Virus record (IMG/VR): IMGVR_UViG_3300046061_000046
Span: 1-49,012 of that record
Direction: 5' to 3' (one strand)
Length of the DNA: 49,012 bases
DNA from: a virus
Lineage: Duplodnaviria; Caudoviricetes
Shown here: one piece after another, positions 36,727 through 45,818 of the stretch
Numbering within the stretch: position 1 is the first letter of the stretch
Layout: every line of letters starts with the position of its first letter
Notes under the pieces: model-generated
The model's database searches: none
What the model was told of the DNA's origin: nothing
What the model saw: only the letters and a program-made list of their open reading frames with translations
Translations under genes and position numbers: made by a program

Positions 36727-37097
36727 ATATACTCGAGACTGGGTTCTGACGGCGGGCACGGGCCGTTGGCCTTCGCGATGTCTGCTGTTGCACTACTCCG
36801 TATCCAGGCGGTCGGCTCGCTGCGGTCGTAGATGAGGAGGCGACGGTCGTCAGGCCTGTCGACCGTTACCGTGACAGTCCGGAGCTCGGGAGCGGGCTCT
36901 GGGAGGTCGTTCGGCTGGTCCGATATCACATCGGTTCGGGCTGGGACGTTCACTTCGATAGAGGCGTCCGAGAGGGTCGTGATCCCTGGGGCGCTCGCGC
37001 CCGGATCACCGGGCAGCTGCATCGGCAGATCCGGGAGTGACGGGTCGTCCCCGCGGGTCGTGTCTCGCCAGCGGTCGCCCTTGAAAGGACGTACCAC
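36723..37097 (-). CDS. Hypothetical protein, start uncertain
   Basis: LLIYDRSEPTAWIRS motif; ATGA coupling downstream. Confidence 0.55.
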   Translation of the reverse strand: MVRPFKGDRWRDTTRGDDPSLPDLPMQLPGDPGASAPGITTLSDASIEVNVPARTDVISDQPNDLPEPAPELRTVTVTVDRPDDRRLLIYDRSEPTAWIRSSATADIAKANGPCPPSEPSLEYI

Positions 37098-37166
37098 CGC
37101 CCGTCTGGTCTTGGGTCCGCCGGAGGTAGACCGCGACGGTGGCGATCGTGAGGAGCGCGACGATGC

Positions 37167-37328
37167 TCATGTGGCCACCTCGCGATAGAGCCAGGGTTCG
37201 CGGACCTCGTCAACGAGGCGGTGGGCGTGTTCGGCGCCCTCCCGGAGGAGGTGCTTGTAGCGGTGCTTCTGCATCACGTGGATGCCCGCGGCGAAGATGC
37301 GGGCGACATCGTGCGAGAAGACGGTCAT
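37167..37328 (-). CDS. 53-aa hypothetical protein
   Basis: MTVFSHDVARIF...; ATGA coupling. Confidence 0.55.
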   Translation of the reverse strand: MTVFSHDVARIFAAGIHVMQKHRYKHLLREGAEHAHRLVDEVREPWLYREVAT

Positions 37329-37420
37329 CGTGGATTGACGCGATAGTAGCTGAGTGCAGCGATGTATCCCGCCCAGATGAGGACGAGCGACGCGAAGAAC
37401 AGCAGGCCAGCGAGCGTCAT
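37325..37420 (-). CDS. 31-aa single-pass membrane peptide, not in ORF track
   Basis: MTLAGLLFFASLVLIWAGYIAALSYYRVNPR. Confidence 0.55.
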   Translation of the reverse strand: MTLAGLLFFASLVLIWAGYIAALSYYRVNPR

Positions 37421-37422
37421 GA

Positions 37423-38940
37423 TCACTGCGGCCCCCACTGCCACTCGGCGAAGTCGTTCTCGTAGCCGCGGGTGTCGATCGGAAAGACGGTCGTGATGCC
37501 GTCGTCAGAGACACCATGGGCGGTGGCGACGTCTTGGTACTGACTGGGTGCTTTCTCGCCGAGGCGCTCGACGAACTCTCCCGCGGGTTTCGGGCTGGCC
37601 GACGCGATGACCGGCGGGCCATCCCACGGGATGCGCCCCGAGACGTGGTGGTGTCCGAGGTAGCCGACGTGGAACTCGTGGTCGAGCAGCGTGGACAGCC
37701 ACTCTTTTTTGCGGGCAGAGGTCTCGGCCTGGGGGCGCCGATCCTGGCCGTGCCGGAGGTGTCCCCGGAGCGACCCACCGCGCAGCGGGAAGTTCTTGTA
37801 CGGCCGCGCCTCGCCGATCTCGAACTGGACGTTCTTCAGGATCCCGGCGTGTTCCTGCAACGCGGCGACGGTGTTCCGGATGGATTTGTAGACCAGGAGG
37901 TCGGCGTTGGCCTGTCGCGAGGTGCCTGAGGCTCGCATCTGGCCGTGGTTGCCGACTTGCGCGACGACCTGGACTGTGGGGAAGCGCTCGGCGAAGGCCT
38001 TGATCTGGCGGAGCAGTGGGTCGTGGAGCGTGTCGACTTGCTCGTCCAGCCACGCGTCGAGGTCTTCGAACTGCCCCTCGTAGATGCCCTCGTTGGTGAC
38101 GAAGTCCCCCCCCCACAGCAGGTGGGCGGTGTCGTAGGCGGAGTTGTGCTTCTCCGCGAGGTCGAGCGCGCGCTCGGTGGCGTAGTCGATGACCTGCGGG
38201 ACCTGTGCCGTCTCGTAAACGACGGTGCCGTCGTCGCGACGGACGCGGTCGCCGGCGTGGAGGTCCGTCAGGTGGAAGACCCAGTCCTCGCGGCCAGCCG
38301 TCGCGTCCAGCGTCGTCTCCGGCGTGTCCAGGTCGCCGAACTGCCGGACGAGCTCGTTGTGTCTGGTCTCCCACCAGCGGTTTGCCTTCCGCGTTCGCGT
38401 CCCTTTGTGCTCGCTCGACCGGAGTGCGTGGTCACCCTCGATGGTGACGTGCCCCGCCGACTCGTCGATATAGACCTGCCATCCGCGGCGCTTGAGGTCG
38501 CGAAGGTGCTGAGAGACTACTGACGGGCGCTCGTCGAGGTCGTCGGCCAGCTCGTCGACGGTCGCCCCGGTCTGCAACTGTTGGGCGATGTAGTGCTCGC
38601 GGTCGGTCAGGTCCCCTGGCGACGGGTCGGCATCTGGGTCGGCCTCAACGCCGTCCAGACCCACTGCCGGGCTGTCCGAGACATCGTCCGCGTCGGCGTC
38701 GTCCTCGTTATCCTCGTCGTCCGCAGCTCCGGTATCCCAGTCGTCGGGGAGATGATACCGCCGGTGGCTGTCGGCGTGGAATGCGTATCCGGCCTGCTGG
38801 ATCTCGTCGATGTAGCCCTCGATGGTGGCCAGCGACAGGTTGAGCGCCGCGGCGATCTCCTCTTTGGTGCGCGGTTCCTCGGCGACCGCTGTCCAAACTT
38901 TTTGGCATCGGGCCGGGATGTCGTCGGGTGGTGTTGTCAT
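37423..38940 (-). CDS. Tandem HTH + calcineurin-like metallophosphoesterase
   Basis: TDLH, GGD, GNHG, RHG, GHHH motifs; two HTH segments N-terminal; start MTTPPDD. Confidence 0.88.
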   Translation of the reverse strand: MTTPPDDIPARCQKVWTAVAEEPRTKEEIAAALNLSLATIEGYIDEIQQAGYAFHADSHRRYHLPDDWDTGAADDEDNEDDADADDVSDSPAVGLDGVEADPDADPSPGDLTDREHYIAQQLQTGATVDELADDLDERPSVVSQHLRDLKRRGWQVYIDESAGHVTIEGDHALRSSEHKGTRTRKANRWWETRHNELVRQFGDLDTPETTLDATAGREDWVFHLTDLHAGDRVRRDDGTVVYETAQVPQVIDYATERALDLAEKHNSAYDTAHLLWGGDFVTNEGIYEGQFEDLDAWLDEQVDTLHDPLLRQIKAFAERFPTVQVVAQVGNHGQMRASGTSRQANADLLVYKSIRNTVAALQEHAGILKNVQFEIGEARPYKNFPLRGGSLRGHLRHGQDRRPQAETSARKKEWLSTLLDHEFHVGYLGHHHVSGRIPWDGPPVIASASPKPAGEFVERLGEKAPSQYQDVATAHGVSDDGITTVFPIDTRGYENDFAEWQWGPQ

Positions 38941-39149
38941 GTGATGAATTGGGGGAGTGCGAGCAGTGTGGTGCCGATCACGACTGCCGCGAACAACCCG
39001 CCGAGCGCGTACCACGGCTCAGAGCGGACCATATACCGAGCGCGAGTGAGGAAAAGCAGCAGCGTCGGAATGAGCACGACCACAAAGGCGTGTACTTCAG
39101 TGGCGGTGAGCGTCCCGATAACCGGAAGGGTGATGATTTCAGTTGTCAT
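38937..39149 (-). CDS. Small membrane protein, 2 TM
   Basis: Two hydrophobic segments around REPWY-like SEPWY. Confidence 0.72.
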   Translation of the reverse strand: MTTEIITLPVIGTLTATEVHAFVVVLIPTLLLFLTRARYMVRSEPWYALGGLFAAVVIGTTLLALPQFIT

Positions 39150-39465
39150 TTTGCACCTTGTCGGCAGTCTCCTGCGCCTGGTCAAGGGTGTCCTCGACTG
39201 TCTCGGTCCCGAACGTCTCGTTCGCGAGCATCAGGTACAGGTAGCCCACGGCGACGACGGCGCCAGTCACGAGTATCGACGGCGGAACTGCGTCCGTCAG
39301 TACATCCACTGGGACTGACTTCCCCTGGACGATCTGCCAGGCAAGGCCGATGGCGGCGACGCCGATCGCGATGAGGATGAGTATCGGCGGGATCCACAAC
39401 GCAAACACGACGACGTCGCGCACCAGTGGGGAGACGGTGCTGTCGTTGTCTGGTCCGTCGAACAT
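39139..39465 (-). CDS. Membrane protein, 2 TM, holin-like topology
   Basis: Two TM helices and charged C-terminal tail. Confidence 0.75.
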   Translation of the reverse strand: MFDGPDNDSTVSPLVRDVVVFALWIPPILILIAIGVAAIGLAWQIVQGKSVPVDVLTDAVPPSILVTGAVVAVGYLYLMLANETFGTETVEDTLDQAQETADKVQNDN

Positions 39466-39468
39466 ATA

Positions 39469-39798
39469 TTAGTCCTCGACAATTGAGTGGCTCTCTGTTC
39501 GGATCTCCTTCGATTCGCGGATGCGGGAGGCCTTGATGAGGGCGACCCACGCTCCGATGCCAAGTATGCAAAAGATGGTGTTCGCGATGACCGCGAGCGT
39601 CACGATCGTCCCCGGGCCCCGCACGACGAGCGCCGATGAGGACATCATCAGCGCGACGCCAATCAAGAAAGCGGCGGCGATGTACGCCGGGTGCGTTCGG
39701 GAATGGCGCACCATCTGGAAGTACAGCGCTGCGCACATCCAGATACCCCCGGCGGTCATTCCGAGGGCGTCAACCAAGGGGGCGCTACTCGTCGTCAT
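39469..39798 (-). CDS. Membrane protein, 3 TM
   Basis: Three hydrophobic segments, charged tail; start uncertain. Confidence 0.68.
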   Translation of the reverse strand: MTTSSAPLVDALGMTAGGIWMCAALYFQMVRHSRTHPAYIAAAFLIGVALMMSSSALVVRGPGTIVTLAVIANTIFCILGIGAWVALIKASRIRESKEIRTESHSIVED

Positions 39799-40009
39799 CC
39801 GGCGACTCCTCCTGGACGATGACGCTGATGGGGATGTTCTCGAGGACGAAGTCGACGCCGAGCAGCGTCGAGGCGAGACTGACAAGCAGTACCTTGTCCT
39901 CGAGAGCGAGCGAGACAGTCGGATGAACCGTATCGGCGGCGACCAGCGCGAGTACCGTCACGACGGCTAGCCCGCCGGTCAGCATGCGGATGCGGCGCTT
40001 GAGGGTCAT
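39785..40009 (-). CDS. Membrane protein, 2 TM
   Basis: KRRIR then two hydrophobic segments. Confidence 0.7.
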   Translation of the reverse strand: MTLKRRIRMLTGGLAVVTVLALVAADTVHPTVSLALEDKVLLVSLASTLLGVDFVLENIPISVIVQEESPDDDE

Positions 40010-40050
40010 TCATGAGTATGGCCGGCGGTGCCGAAGTCGTATTGAAAGGT

Positions 40051-40075
40051 GGGTGGGTTGGGTGGGTGGGGTGGG
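40051..40075 (+). repeat. G-quadruplex-forming (GGGT)n tract
   Basis: GGGTGGGTTGGGTGGGTGGGGTGGG: six runs of at least 3 G. Confidence 0.8.
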
Positions 40076-40213
40076 TTCGGCTGTGGCGCTTGATGGAGCG
40101 CGCGTCTTTCGCTGGAGGATGGGAAGTGAGAAGCGCCTCCAGATGCCCCCTGCTACCTGGCGGTTGGATACCGGCAAGTGGGAGATGTCGCCGGCGTCAT
40201 CGGGGATCACAAG

Positions 40214-40588
40214 CTAGTGGCAGTACTCAGAGCCGTCAACTCCGTCAATAGGGTTCGTTCGGATGAACATCTCGATATCGTCGATTTGGTCGGGCGTCCA
40301 TCGGCCGGACTGCTCAGCGGCTTTAGTGTCTATCTCGACTGGGTAGCCCGTGACGACCTCGTTATCGTCGAGGGTGGCGACGAGCCTGTAGTCAACGCCG
40401 CCGAAATCGTGTCTGAAAAGGGCGATATCCGGCTCTGGCCGGCGGAGGTCGCCCTCGGTGATGCAGGTATCGACGATCTCGTCGTCGAGGTGCCGCGGCG
40501 GGCGGTCGTCTTCGTACCGGTCGTGAAACCGCTCGGGGAAGTGGAGCGACGGCCGGTAGGCTTCCGGATCTCTTGGCACGTCGCTCAT
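40214..40588 (-). CDS. Hypothetical protein, possible RelE/BrnT (DUF4258)-like fold
   Basis: SLHF.ER...CI.EG...YRLV......VVTGY. Confidence 0.6.
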   Translation of the reverse strand: MSDVPRDPEAYRPSLHFPERFHDRYEDDRPPRHLDDEIVDTCITEGDLRRPEPDIALFRHDFGGVDYRLVATLDDNEVVTGYPVEIDTKAAEQSGRWTPDQIDDIEMFIRTNPIDGVDGSEYCH

Positions 40589-40603
40589 GAATGCAACCTG
40601 TGT

Positions 40604-41188
40604 TCAGTCGTCGGCCAGGGCCCGCCCGACCGCGAGTTCGATGTCCTCAGTAACTTCGTACTCGCGGTGGAGCGTTTGAATATCGAAGACGACATCGTCC
40701 GCAGCTGCGAGCAGGTCGACGAGGCGACCGATAGCCGCCCGGTCAGCCAGCGCCGGGTCGTGATGAGTGTGATCGCAGTTGCCGCACGCGTCGCAGATCG
40801 TGCCCGTGATGACGCGCTCGCCGTGCTGCTTCTCGCCTTTGGTCGCGTCCTGTGTGAGGAACTGAAAGCCGGTCGCCGCTTGGCGCGTGATCTCCTGCGA
40901 GTAGTACTTGAGTGTGAGCTCGCCGTCTTCGTCCTTTGTCCAAGCGTGGCCGTCCTTCGTAAACTCAAAGTCTGGTTTCGGCGGGTTGACTGTCTTCAGC
41001 CTGCGGAAACAGGAAAAGCAGCGTCGGTGATCATAAAGGATACCTTCAAGATGTTCGCGACCCTCATGCCGAACCTCACACGCGTTCGAACAGTATTTTC
41101 CGTGGTGGAACTCCCACTTGTGCCCGTGCTCTGTGCAGTCTGGATGCCGGCACTCGATGATCGTGCTTCGCGCTAGTTGTGTTGACAT
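40604..41188 (-). CDS. Multi-zinc-finger protein
   Basis: CRHPDC, YCSNAC, CFSC, CDAC. Confidence 0.8.
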   Translation of the reverse strand: MSTQLARSTIIECRHPDCTEHGHKWEFHHGKYCSNACEVRHEGREHLEGILYDHRRCFSCFRRLKTVNPPKPDFEFTKDGHAWTKDEDGELTLKYYSQEITRQAATGFQFLTQDATKGEKQHGERVITGTICDACGNCDHTHHDPALADRAAIGRLVDLLAAADDVVFDIQTLHREYEVTEDIELAVGRALADD

Positions 41189-41396
41189 GTGTGAACCCTA
41201 GTGACCGCTGCTCCCACGTTGGACCCGCGCCCAGTTCGCGAGTCCCAGAACTACTTGAAAATCAAGCCCGCTGTGTCCCCTCCACAGTGACGTTCTCAGT
41301 ATGCGGATTGATGGGGATTTAATGTCGCGTTATGTGTTGATCACACCCCTGACTTCTTCAAGCCCGGCGGGCGCGCGGATATTGCGAGGGTTGTCA

Positions 41397-41630
41397 CTAA
41401 ACTGAATATCGTGTCGTCTGGCCGTAGTCCGCGGGCTCAGTCTCGACGAGGTCTGCCTCGTTTAGACGGTCAAGAGCGTCAAGGACGGTCCGGCTTGCTA
41501 GGTACGGCTCTTTTTCGCGGACCTCGGTCGGCGTCATCGGGCCGCTCTCCTCCAGCATCCGATACACGAGGACGCAACTGGGCGGGAGGTCTTTGAGTCG
41601 GTCCCGGCCAGCCGGTTCCGCCATGCTCAC
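41397..41630 (-). CDS. Winged-HTH regulator (TrmB/MarR-like)
   Basis: DLPPSCVLVYRMLEESGPMT...RTVLDALDRL.EADLV. Confidence 0.85.
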   Translation of the reverse strand: MSMAEPAGRDRLKDLPPSCVLVYRMLEESGPMTPTEVREKEPYLASRTVLDALDRLNEADLVETEPADYGQTTRYSV

Positions 41631-42046
41631 GCGTCCTCCCGTGCGTAGTCTCGCACCGCCGCGTTCACCTCACCGAGTGTTTCCTGAGAGTGGTCCGTCT
41701 CCTCGGCGATGGTTCCGACGAGTGAACGGAGTGCGCCGACCGGTGGCTTCAGCTCGTCGACCGCGTAGTGGAAAAGTCGCTCGAGGTCCTCGGCAGTCAC
41801 CAGTGTGTACCGGGTGTAGCCTTCGGGACCCGTCCACCGCAGGAGGTCGTCGTTTTCGACTGCGGCCTGAAGGCTCGTGCGGAGGCCGTCGCTGCTGTAG
41901 CGCCCGTGGGCCGCAAGGATCAGGACGATCTCCGTCTCCGGAGCGCCCGGCGACTGGACCGGCGTCGTATTGTTCCCGACCGTCCGCAGGACGGCGTGGT
42001 AGCGCTCCTTGCGCTCCGCGCGATCGGCACTCTCGGGCTTACTCAT
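41627..42046 (-). CDS. Hypothetical protein
   Basis: 139 aa, coupled. Confidence 0.72.
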   Translation of the reverse strand: MSKPESADRAERKERYHAVLRTVGNNTTPVQSPGAPETEIVLILAAHGRYSSDGLRTSLQAAVENDDLLRWTGPEGYTRYTLVTAEDLERLFHYAVDELKPPVGALRSLVGTIAEETDHSQETLGEVNAAVRDYAREDA

Positions 42047-42362
42047 CGGAGCCAGCCTCCCTGGCCGTCGGGAGTGGTTCGAACGCCATTGGATGGGTCC
42101 GCACGCTCTTCACGAGCTGGTGGAGCAGCGGCCCAAGGTCGTCAATCTCTTTCTCGACGTCGATCGGGTGACCGTCTTCGTGCGTGGCTTCAAGGTACGC
42201 CTGCTCGATCTCGCCGACCTCTTCGGTGATCGCCGAGAGGAGTTCCTCGGGATGCTGGACGCCCCACTCGTCTTCGTTCTTGGCGGCATCCGAGAGCCAC
42301 TCTTCTCCGAGGTCTTCAACCGGCGGCCGGAGTCGCTGGTCACTCGGCACCGTCGTCACCAC
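42039..42362 (-). CDS. MazG-like NTP pyrophosphohydrolase
   Basis: WG.Q...ITEEVGEI...EKEIDD (EExxE...ExxD). Confidence 0.78.
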   Translation of the reverse strand: MVTTVPSDQRLRPPVEDLGEEWLSDAAKNEDEWGVQHPEELLSAITEEVGEIEQAYLEATHEDGHPIDVEKEIDDLGPLLHQLVKSVRTHPMAFEPLPTAREAGSDE

Positions 42363-42936
42363 CCCGAGCGTCGACTACTCGGATGATCTTCTGCGTCGTC
42401 GCGACGAGTTTCTCGGTCAGCCGTTCACCTTTCGACCCGTCGTCGAACGCCTCAACAGCGGTTTCGAGGTCATCAAGGGCATCGCGCAGGAACGATAGGC
42501 CCCACATCTCGTCGCCGCCCAGTTGTTTCACCCGCCCCCGGTGGTGCTTCTCCCAGCGCGACCCCCCGCCCTCGTTGATCAGGCGAGTACCGCTGTCTAG
42601 CTCCTCGGGGGAGTTGACGGGCAGCGCGGCAGCGACCTGCTGGCGCACGGCGCCGGGGACGTCCCGCCAGTCCCAGTCGGTCGTGTCTCGCCAGTAGTTG
42701 CCCTTCCAGCGATAGCCGACGACATAAAGAACGTACGGCTCGCCCGTTTCGTCGTCATAGCGGATGCGGGCGCTGTATTTCTCCCGTCCGTAGCCGTTTG
42801 ACTCGTGCAGGTCAGGCGTCAGGATGACGTCAATCTCGTGCTTCGCGATCGACGTCGGGCTGTCCTTGTCGACGACAGTGTCGTCCTCTTGCCAGTGATC
42901 ATCGGGGATACCGTCGCCGTATTTGGTGTCAGACAT
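42340..42936 (-). CDS. Hypothetical protein
   Basis: 198 aa, acidic, within operon. Confidence 0.75.
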   Translation of the reverse strand: MSDTKYGDGIPDDHWQEDDTVVDKDSPTSIAKHEIDVILTPDLHESNGYGREKYSARIRYDDETGEPYVLYVVGYRWKGNYWRDTTDWDWRDVPGAVRQQVAAALPVNSPEELDSGTRLINEGGGSRWEKHHRGRVKQLGGDEMWGLSFLRDALDDLETAVEAFDDGSKGERLTEKLVATTQKIIRVVDARGGDDGAE

Positions 42937-43108
42937 CGCGATTCACCACCCGACCATCGTTTGAGGCGACATATATCCCGATGAATACCACCGCCAACTG
43001 CTCCCACGTCGCCCAGCCGACCCGCACGGCAGCCGACGCAAGCAGCACCAGCACTACGACTGTCGCGATGCCCACCGCCAGATCGATGAGTGTCCCTCTC
43101 TTAATCAT
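42929..43108 (-). CDS. Small membrane protein
   Basis: MIKRGTLIDLAVGIATVVVLVLLASAAV; two hydrophobic segments. Confidence 0.6.
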   Translation of the reverse strand: MIKRGTLIDLAVGIATVVVLVLLASAAVRVGWATWEQLAVVFIGIYVASNDGRVVNRDV

Positions 43109-43742
43109 CGGTCTCAACCTCCACGTCAAATTCGACCGCCGGCTCCCCCTGCGGCTTGATCGTCACCGTATCCGGGGACAGACCCGGATTCTGCGGATCG
43201 ACTATCCCCGCGAGGTTGCCGAAGTGGCTCTCGTCGACCATCCCGTAGTATGGCTCCAGCGGGCCGCTTCCGAAGTGCTGGAGTGTCGCCCGCGGCGTTC
43301 GAATGACAACCTGGCCGGTGAACTCGCGGAGCGCCGGCGGGATCCAGAGGCCATCGCGACCGACGTGTGTTGCCTCTAGCTCGTCGAGCGGGATCTCGAC
43401 CGGGTCCACGGCCTTGAGCGCCTCGCGACAATCCTTGGGTAGTTCGTTCCACTCCATCGGCCCGACACCACACCAGCGGGCGAGCTCGCCCGGCCGATCG
43501 TCGATCGTGACCGGGTTGTCGTCGTGGCGATGGTACGTGCAGTAGGGCCCGCTTGCATCCTCGGCGATGCCGCCGCCGCAGCGCTCGCCCAGGCGCTTCT
43601 GGCCGATGCTGATAGCTCGACACCGGCCGATACCGTATTGCTGGCGCCGGTGGCGGGCCGTGTCAGCCGTGTCTTCGTCCTCGGTCGATCCTGCGTTGGG
43701 ATCCGGGTCGATACCGCCGCCAAACTCAGCGAGGTCGGTCAC
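43101..43742 (-). CDS. Hypothetical protein
   Basis: RCRA...RC...CTYH; GTGA coupling. Confidence 0.72.
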   Translation of the reverse strand: MTDLAEFGGGIDPDPNAGSTEDEDTADTARHRRQQYGIGRCRAISIGQKRLGERCGGGIAEDASGPYCTYHRHDDNPVTIDDRPGELARWCGVGPMEWNELPKDCREALKAVDPVEIPLDELEATHVGRDGLWIPPALREFTGQVVIRTPRATLQHFGSGPLEPYYGMVDESHFGNLAGIVDPQNPGLSPDTVTIKPQGEPAVEFDVEVETDD

Positions 43743-43975
43743 TCTGACCACCGCCCGAGTCCGGGCTGGCCCGCTTCACGAGTCGTATCCTGTTCGGCGT
43801 CGCGCTCCTGGCACGTCCCGCAGCGCCACTCTCCTGACAGCGTCGTCTCCGTCGTCTCGGCGCCGCAACGAATGCACTCTCCTGGCCCAGCGCAGTCTGT
43901 GCAGAGTGTCTGGCCATCGCTCTCGATGAGGAACGCGCCCCGACCCCCGACATTACACTGCTCACAGCTCGTCAT
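43739..43975 (-). CDS. Zinc-finger protein
   Basis: Four CxxC pairs. Confidence 0.78.
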   Translation of the reverse strand: MTSCEQCNVGGRGAFLIESDGQTLCTDCAGPGECIRCGAETTETTLSGEWRCGTCQERDAEQDTTREAGQPGLGRWSE

Positions 43976-44874
43976 GGTGAACCCCCGTCGGTCGCGGCGG
44001 TCTGTGCAGCCTCGGCCTGCTCGTTCAGCCAGCCGATCTGGTTTATCATCCCGCCCTGAGCATCGGGGTCGTCCTGAAACGGGAACGACACCGCCAGGTC
44101 GCCCGGCACGCGGAGGCCGTCGAAGACGCCGCGCTCTTCCAGCGGGTCGCGGTAGTCCCGGCCGAGCAGGACCTCCAACTTGACGTCGCGCGGGTCGACG
44201 CCACCCACGACCGACCGTATCCAGGCGGTCAGCTGGCCGTAGACCTCCAGCGCCCAGCGGTCAAGCAGCGTTGTGACGGTGTCGCCGTTCGGAAGTCGTG
44301 CATCCGAGTCGATGGGGATGCCTTCGAGGTCGTCAGGAGTCTGCTCGTAGTACTCGATGGGCTCGTCCGGGTTGAGCAGCGCGTGTTCGGCGGAGATGTA
44401 CCGCCAGCCGTCCGCACACGTCTCACCGTACCGTCGCTTCCCGACCGCGTAAGAGCCCTTGTACCGGTCTTTCGCGGACATCAGGCCGTCATCCTCGTAC
44501 TTCGACCCGGAGCACCCGATCACGGCCAACGTCAGCGGTTCGCGATTCCGATACGTCACGATCGCGTCGCGAACGCGTTTGCAGTAGGACAGGCCGTAAC
44601 TCCGACCGCCCACCTCGGCGAGGCCTCGCTCAACGTCCATCACCGTCTCTCGAACGTCGACGAGGTCGTCGCAAGCGACCGCGAGGCAAGCGGGCATTGT
44701 GTCCCGAACGTGCTCGTCCCACAGGATATCGAGCAATAGTTCGTACAGCGGGCGACTCTCTGCGGGGACCGTGACGCCGTCATTCGAGAGCTGGCGGTTG
44801 CCGACGACCGCGAGGTCGCCGTTCAGGAGTTCGCCCTCACGCGGTCGGGGGACGTGTGGATTGTCACGAGTCAC
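43972..44874 (-). CDS. DUF6884-like protein
   Basis: VIGCSGSK...AKDRY.GS...W.YISAEHALL.PD.PIE.YE..LLG.DY. Confidence 0.72.
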   Translation of the reverse strand: MTRDNPHVPRPREGELLNGDLAVVGNRQLSNDGVTVPAESRPLYELLLDILWDEHVRDTMPACLAVACDDLVDVRETVMDVERGLAEVGGRSYGLSYCKRVRDAIVTYRNREPLTLAVIGCSGSKYEDDGLMSAKDRYKGSYAVGKRRYGETCADGWRYISAEHALLNPDEPIEYYEQTPDDLEGIPIDSDARLPNGDTVTTLLDRWALEVYGQLTAWIRSVVGGVDPRDVKLEVLLGRDYRDPLEERGVFDGLRVPGDLAVSFPFQDDPDAQGGMINQIGWLNEQAEAAQTAATDGGSP

Positions 44875-45695
44875 GCTGGTAGCACCTCCCGGGCCTCTTT
44901 GGTGACATCCGGGAGCTCGGGAAACTCCCGAATCTCGCGCTGTTCATAGACGTCGAACTGTTCATTTTTGACCGTCAACGCGGTCCCCATCTCCGGGCGG
45001 GTCGCGCTCGACTGCTTGAAGTAGAACGCGACGTCCTGCTCGCGACACTGCCGAAGGATGTCGCGGGCCCACTCGTGGTCCATCTCGCGGCGGTGCTCGT
45101 CAGGCGCCGACTCGCCGCCGACCACGACCCAGTCGATGTGGTCGAGCGCCACGTCGCCGATGTTCTCCAGGAGCGGCTCAAAGCTCACCCACTTCGTCGC
45201 GACGTCGACGTCGCGCAACTGTTCGATCCGGTGGGTCGTACTCGGATAGTCGCGGCCGGCGCTCCCGACGCTGGTCCCGAGCCAGCAATTTTCGGGCCAG
45301 TCGAGACGCCACTCCGCAGCGCGATGGGGCCGCTTCGTGAGCCAGACGAAGACGTGTTCAGGATGCCGGCGGCACGTCTCCAGAACCGTCGCGACGAACT
45401 CGCGGTCGGTCTCGGAGTGGAACATGTCGGTCATCGACCCGACGAACACGCGCCCCGGGCCCTCCGGAAAGTGGTAGTCGTCGGGTTCGTCGACGCGGTC
45501 CCAGTGCATCGTGACGTTCTCAGACGCGTTCTCGACCGTCCACGGCTCGTCCGTGCGGCCCTGGCGCCGGGAGAAAATCTCGGCGTAGCACTTCGGTTCG
45601 CCCGTCTCGGGGTCGTAGCAGATAGGGCCCGCTCGGGAACAGCCCGTCTGCGGGTTCCAGCTGTAGTCGGCCCACGAGATGTCCGTCGTCTGCAT
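44871..45695 (-). CDS. Phage gp37/gp68 family (DUF5131) protein
   Basis: ISWADYSWNP.TGC, CYAE, VFVGSMTDMFH, LTKRP, SFEPLL, WVVVGGES, FYFKQ. Confidence 0.92.
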   Translation of the reverse strand: MQTTDISWADYSWNPQTGCSRAGPICYDPETGEPKCYAEIFSRRQGRTDEPWTVENASENVTMHWDRVDEPDDYHFPEGPGRVFVGSMTDMFHSETDREFVATVLETCRRHPEHVFVWLTKRPHRAAEWRLDWPENCWLGTSVGSAGRDYPSTTHRIEQLRDVDVATKWVSFEPLLENIGDVALDHIDWVVVGGESAPDEHRREMDHEWARDILRQCREQDVAFYFKQSSATRPEMGTALTVKNEQFDVYEQREIREFPELPDVTKEAREVLPA

Positions 45696-45818
45696 CAGCG
45701 GACACCCCTCGGTTTTAACCAACACCCGGGTGTATGGCCGCTACATTGTTGGTTAAGGACTGCAGAACAGGTCCAGATTGCAGAAACGGTTTTCTCCCAC
45801 CAGTATCTGAATGCAGAT

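Noticed and set aside
41200-41260. tRNA or ribozyme
   Set aside because: Only one clear hairpin; no cloverleaf or recognisable catalytic core
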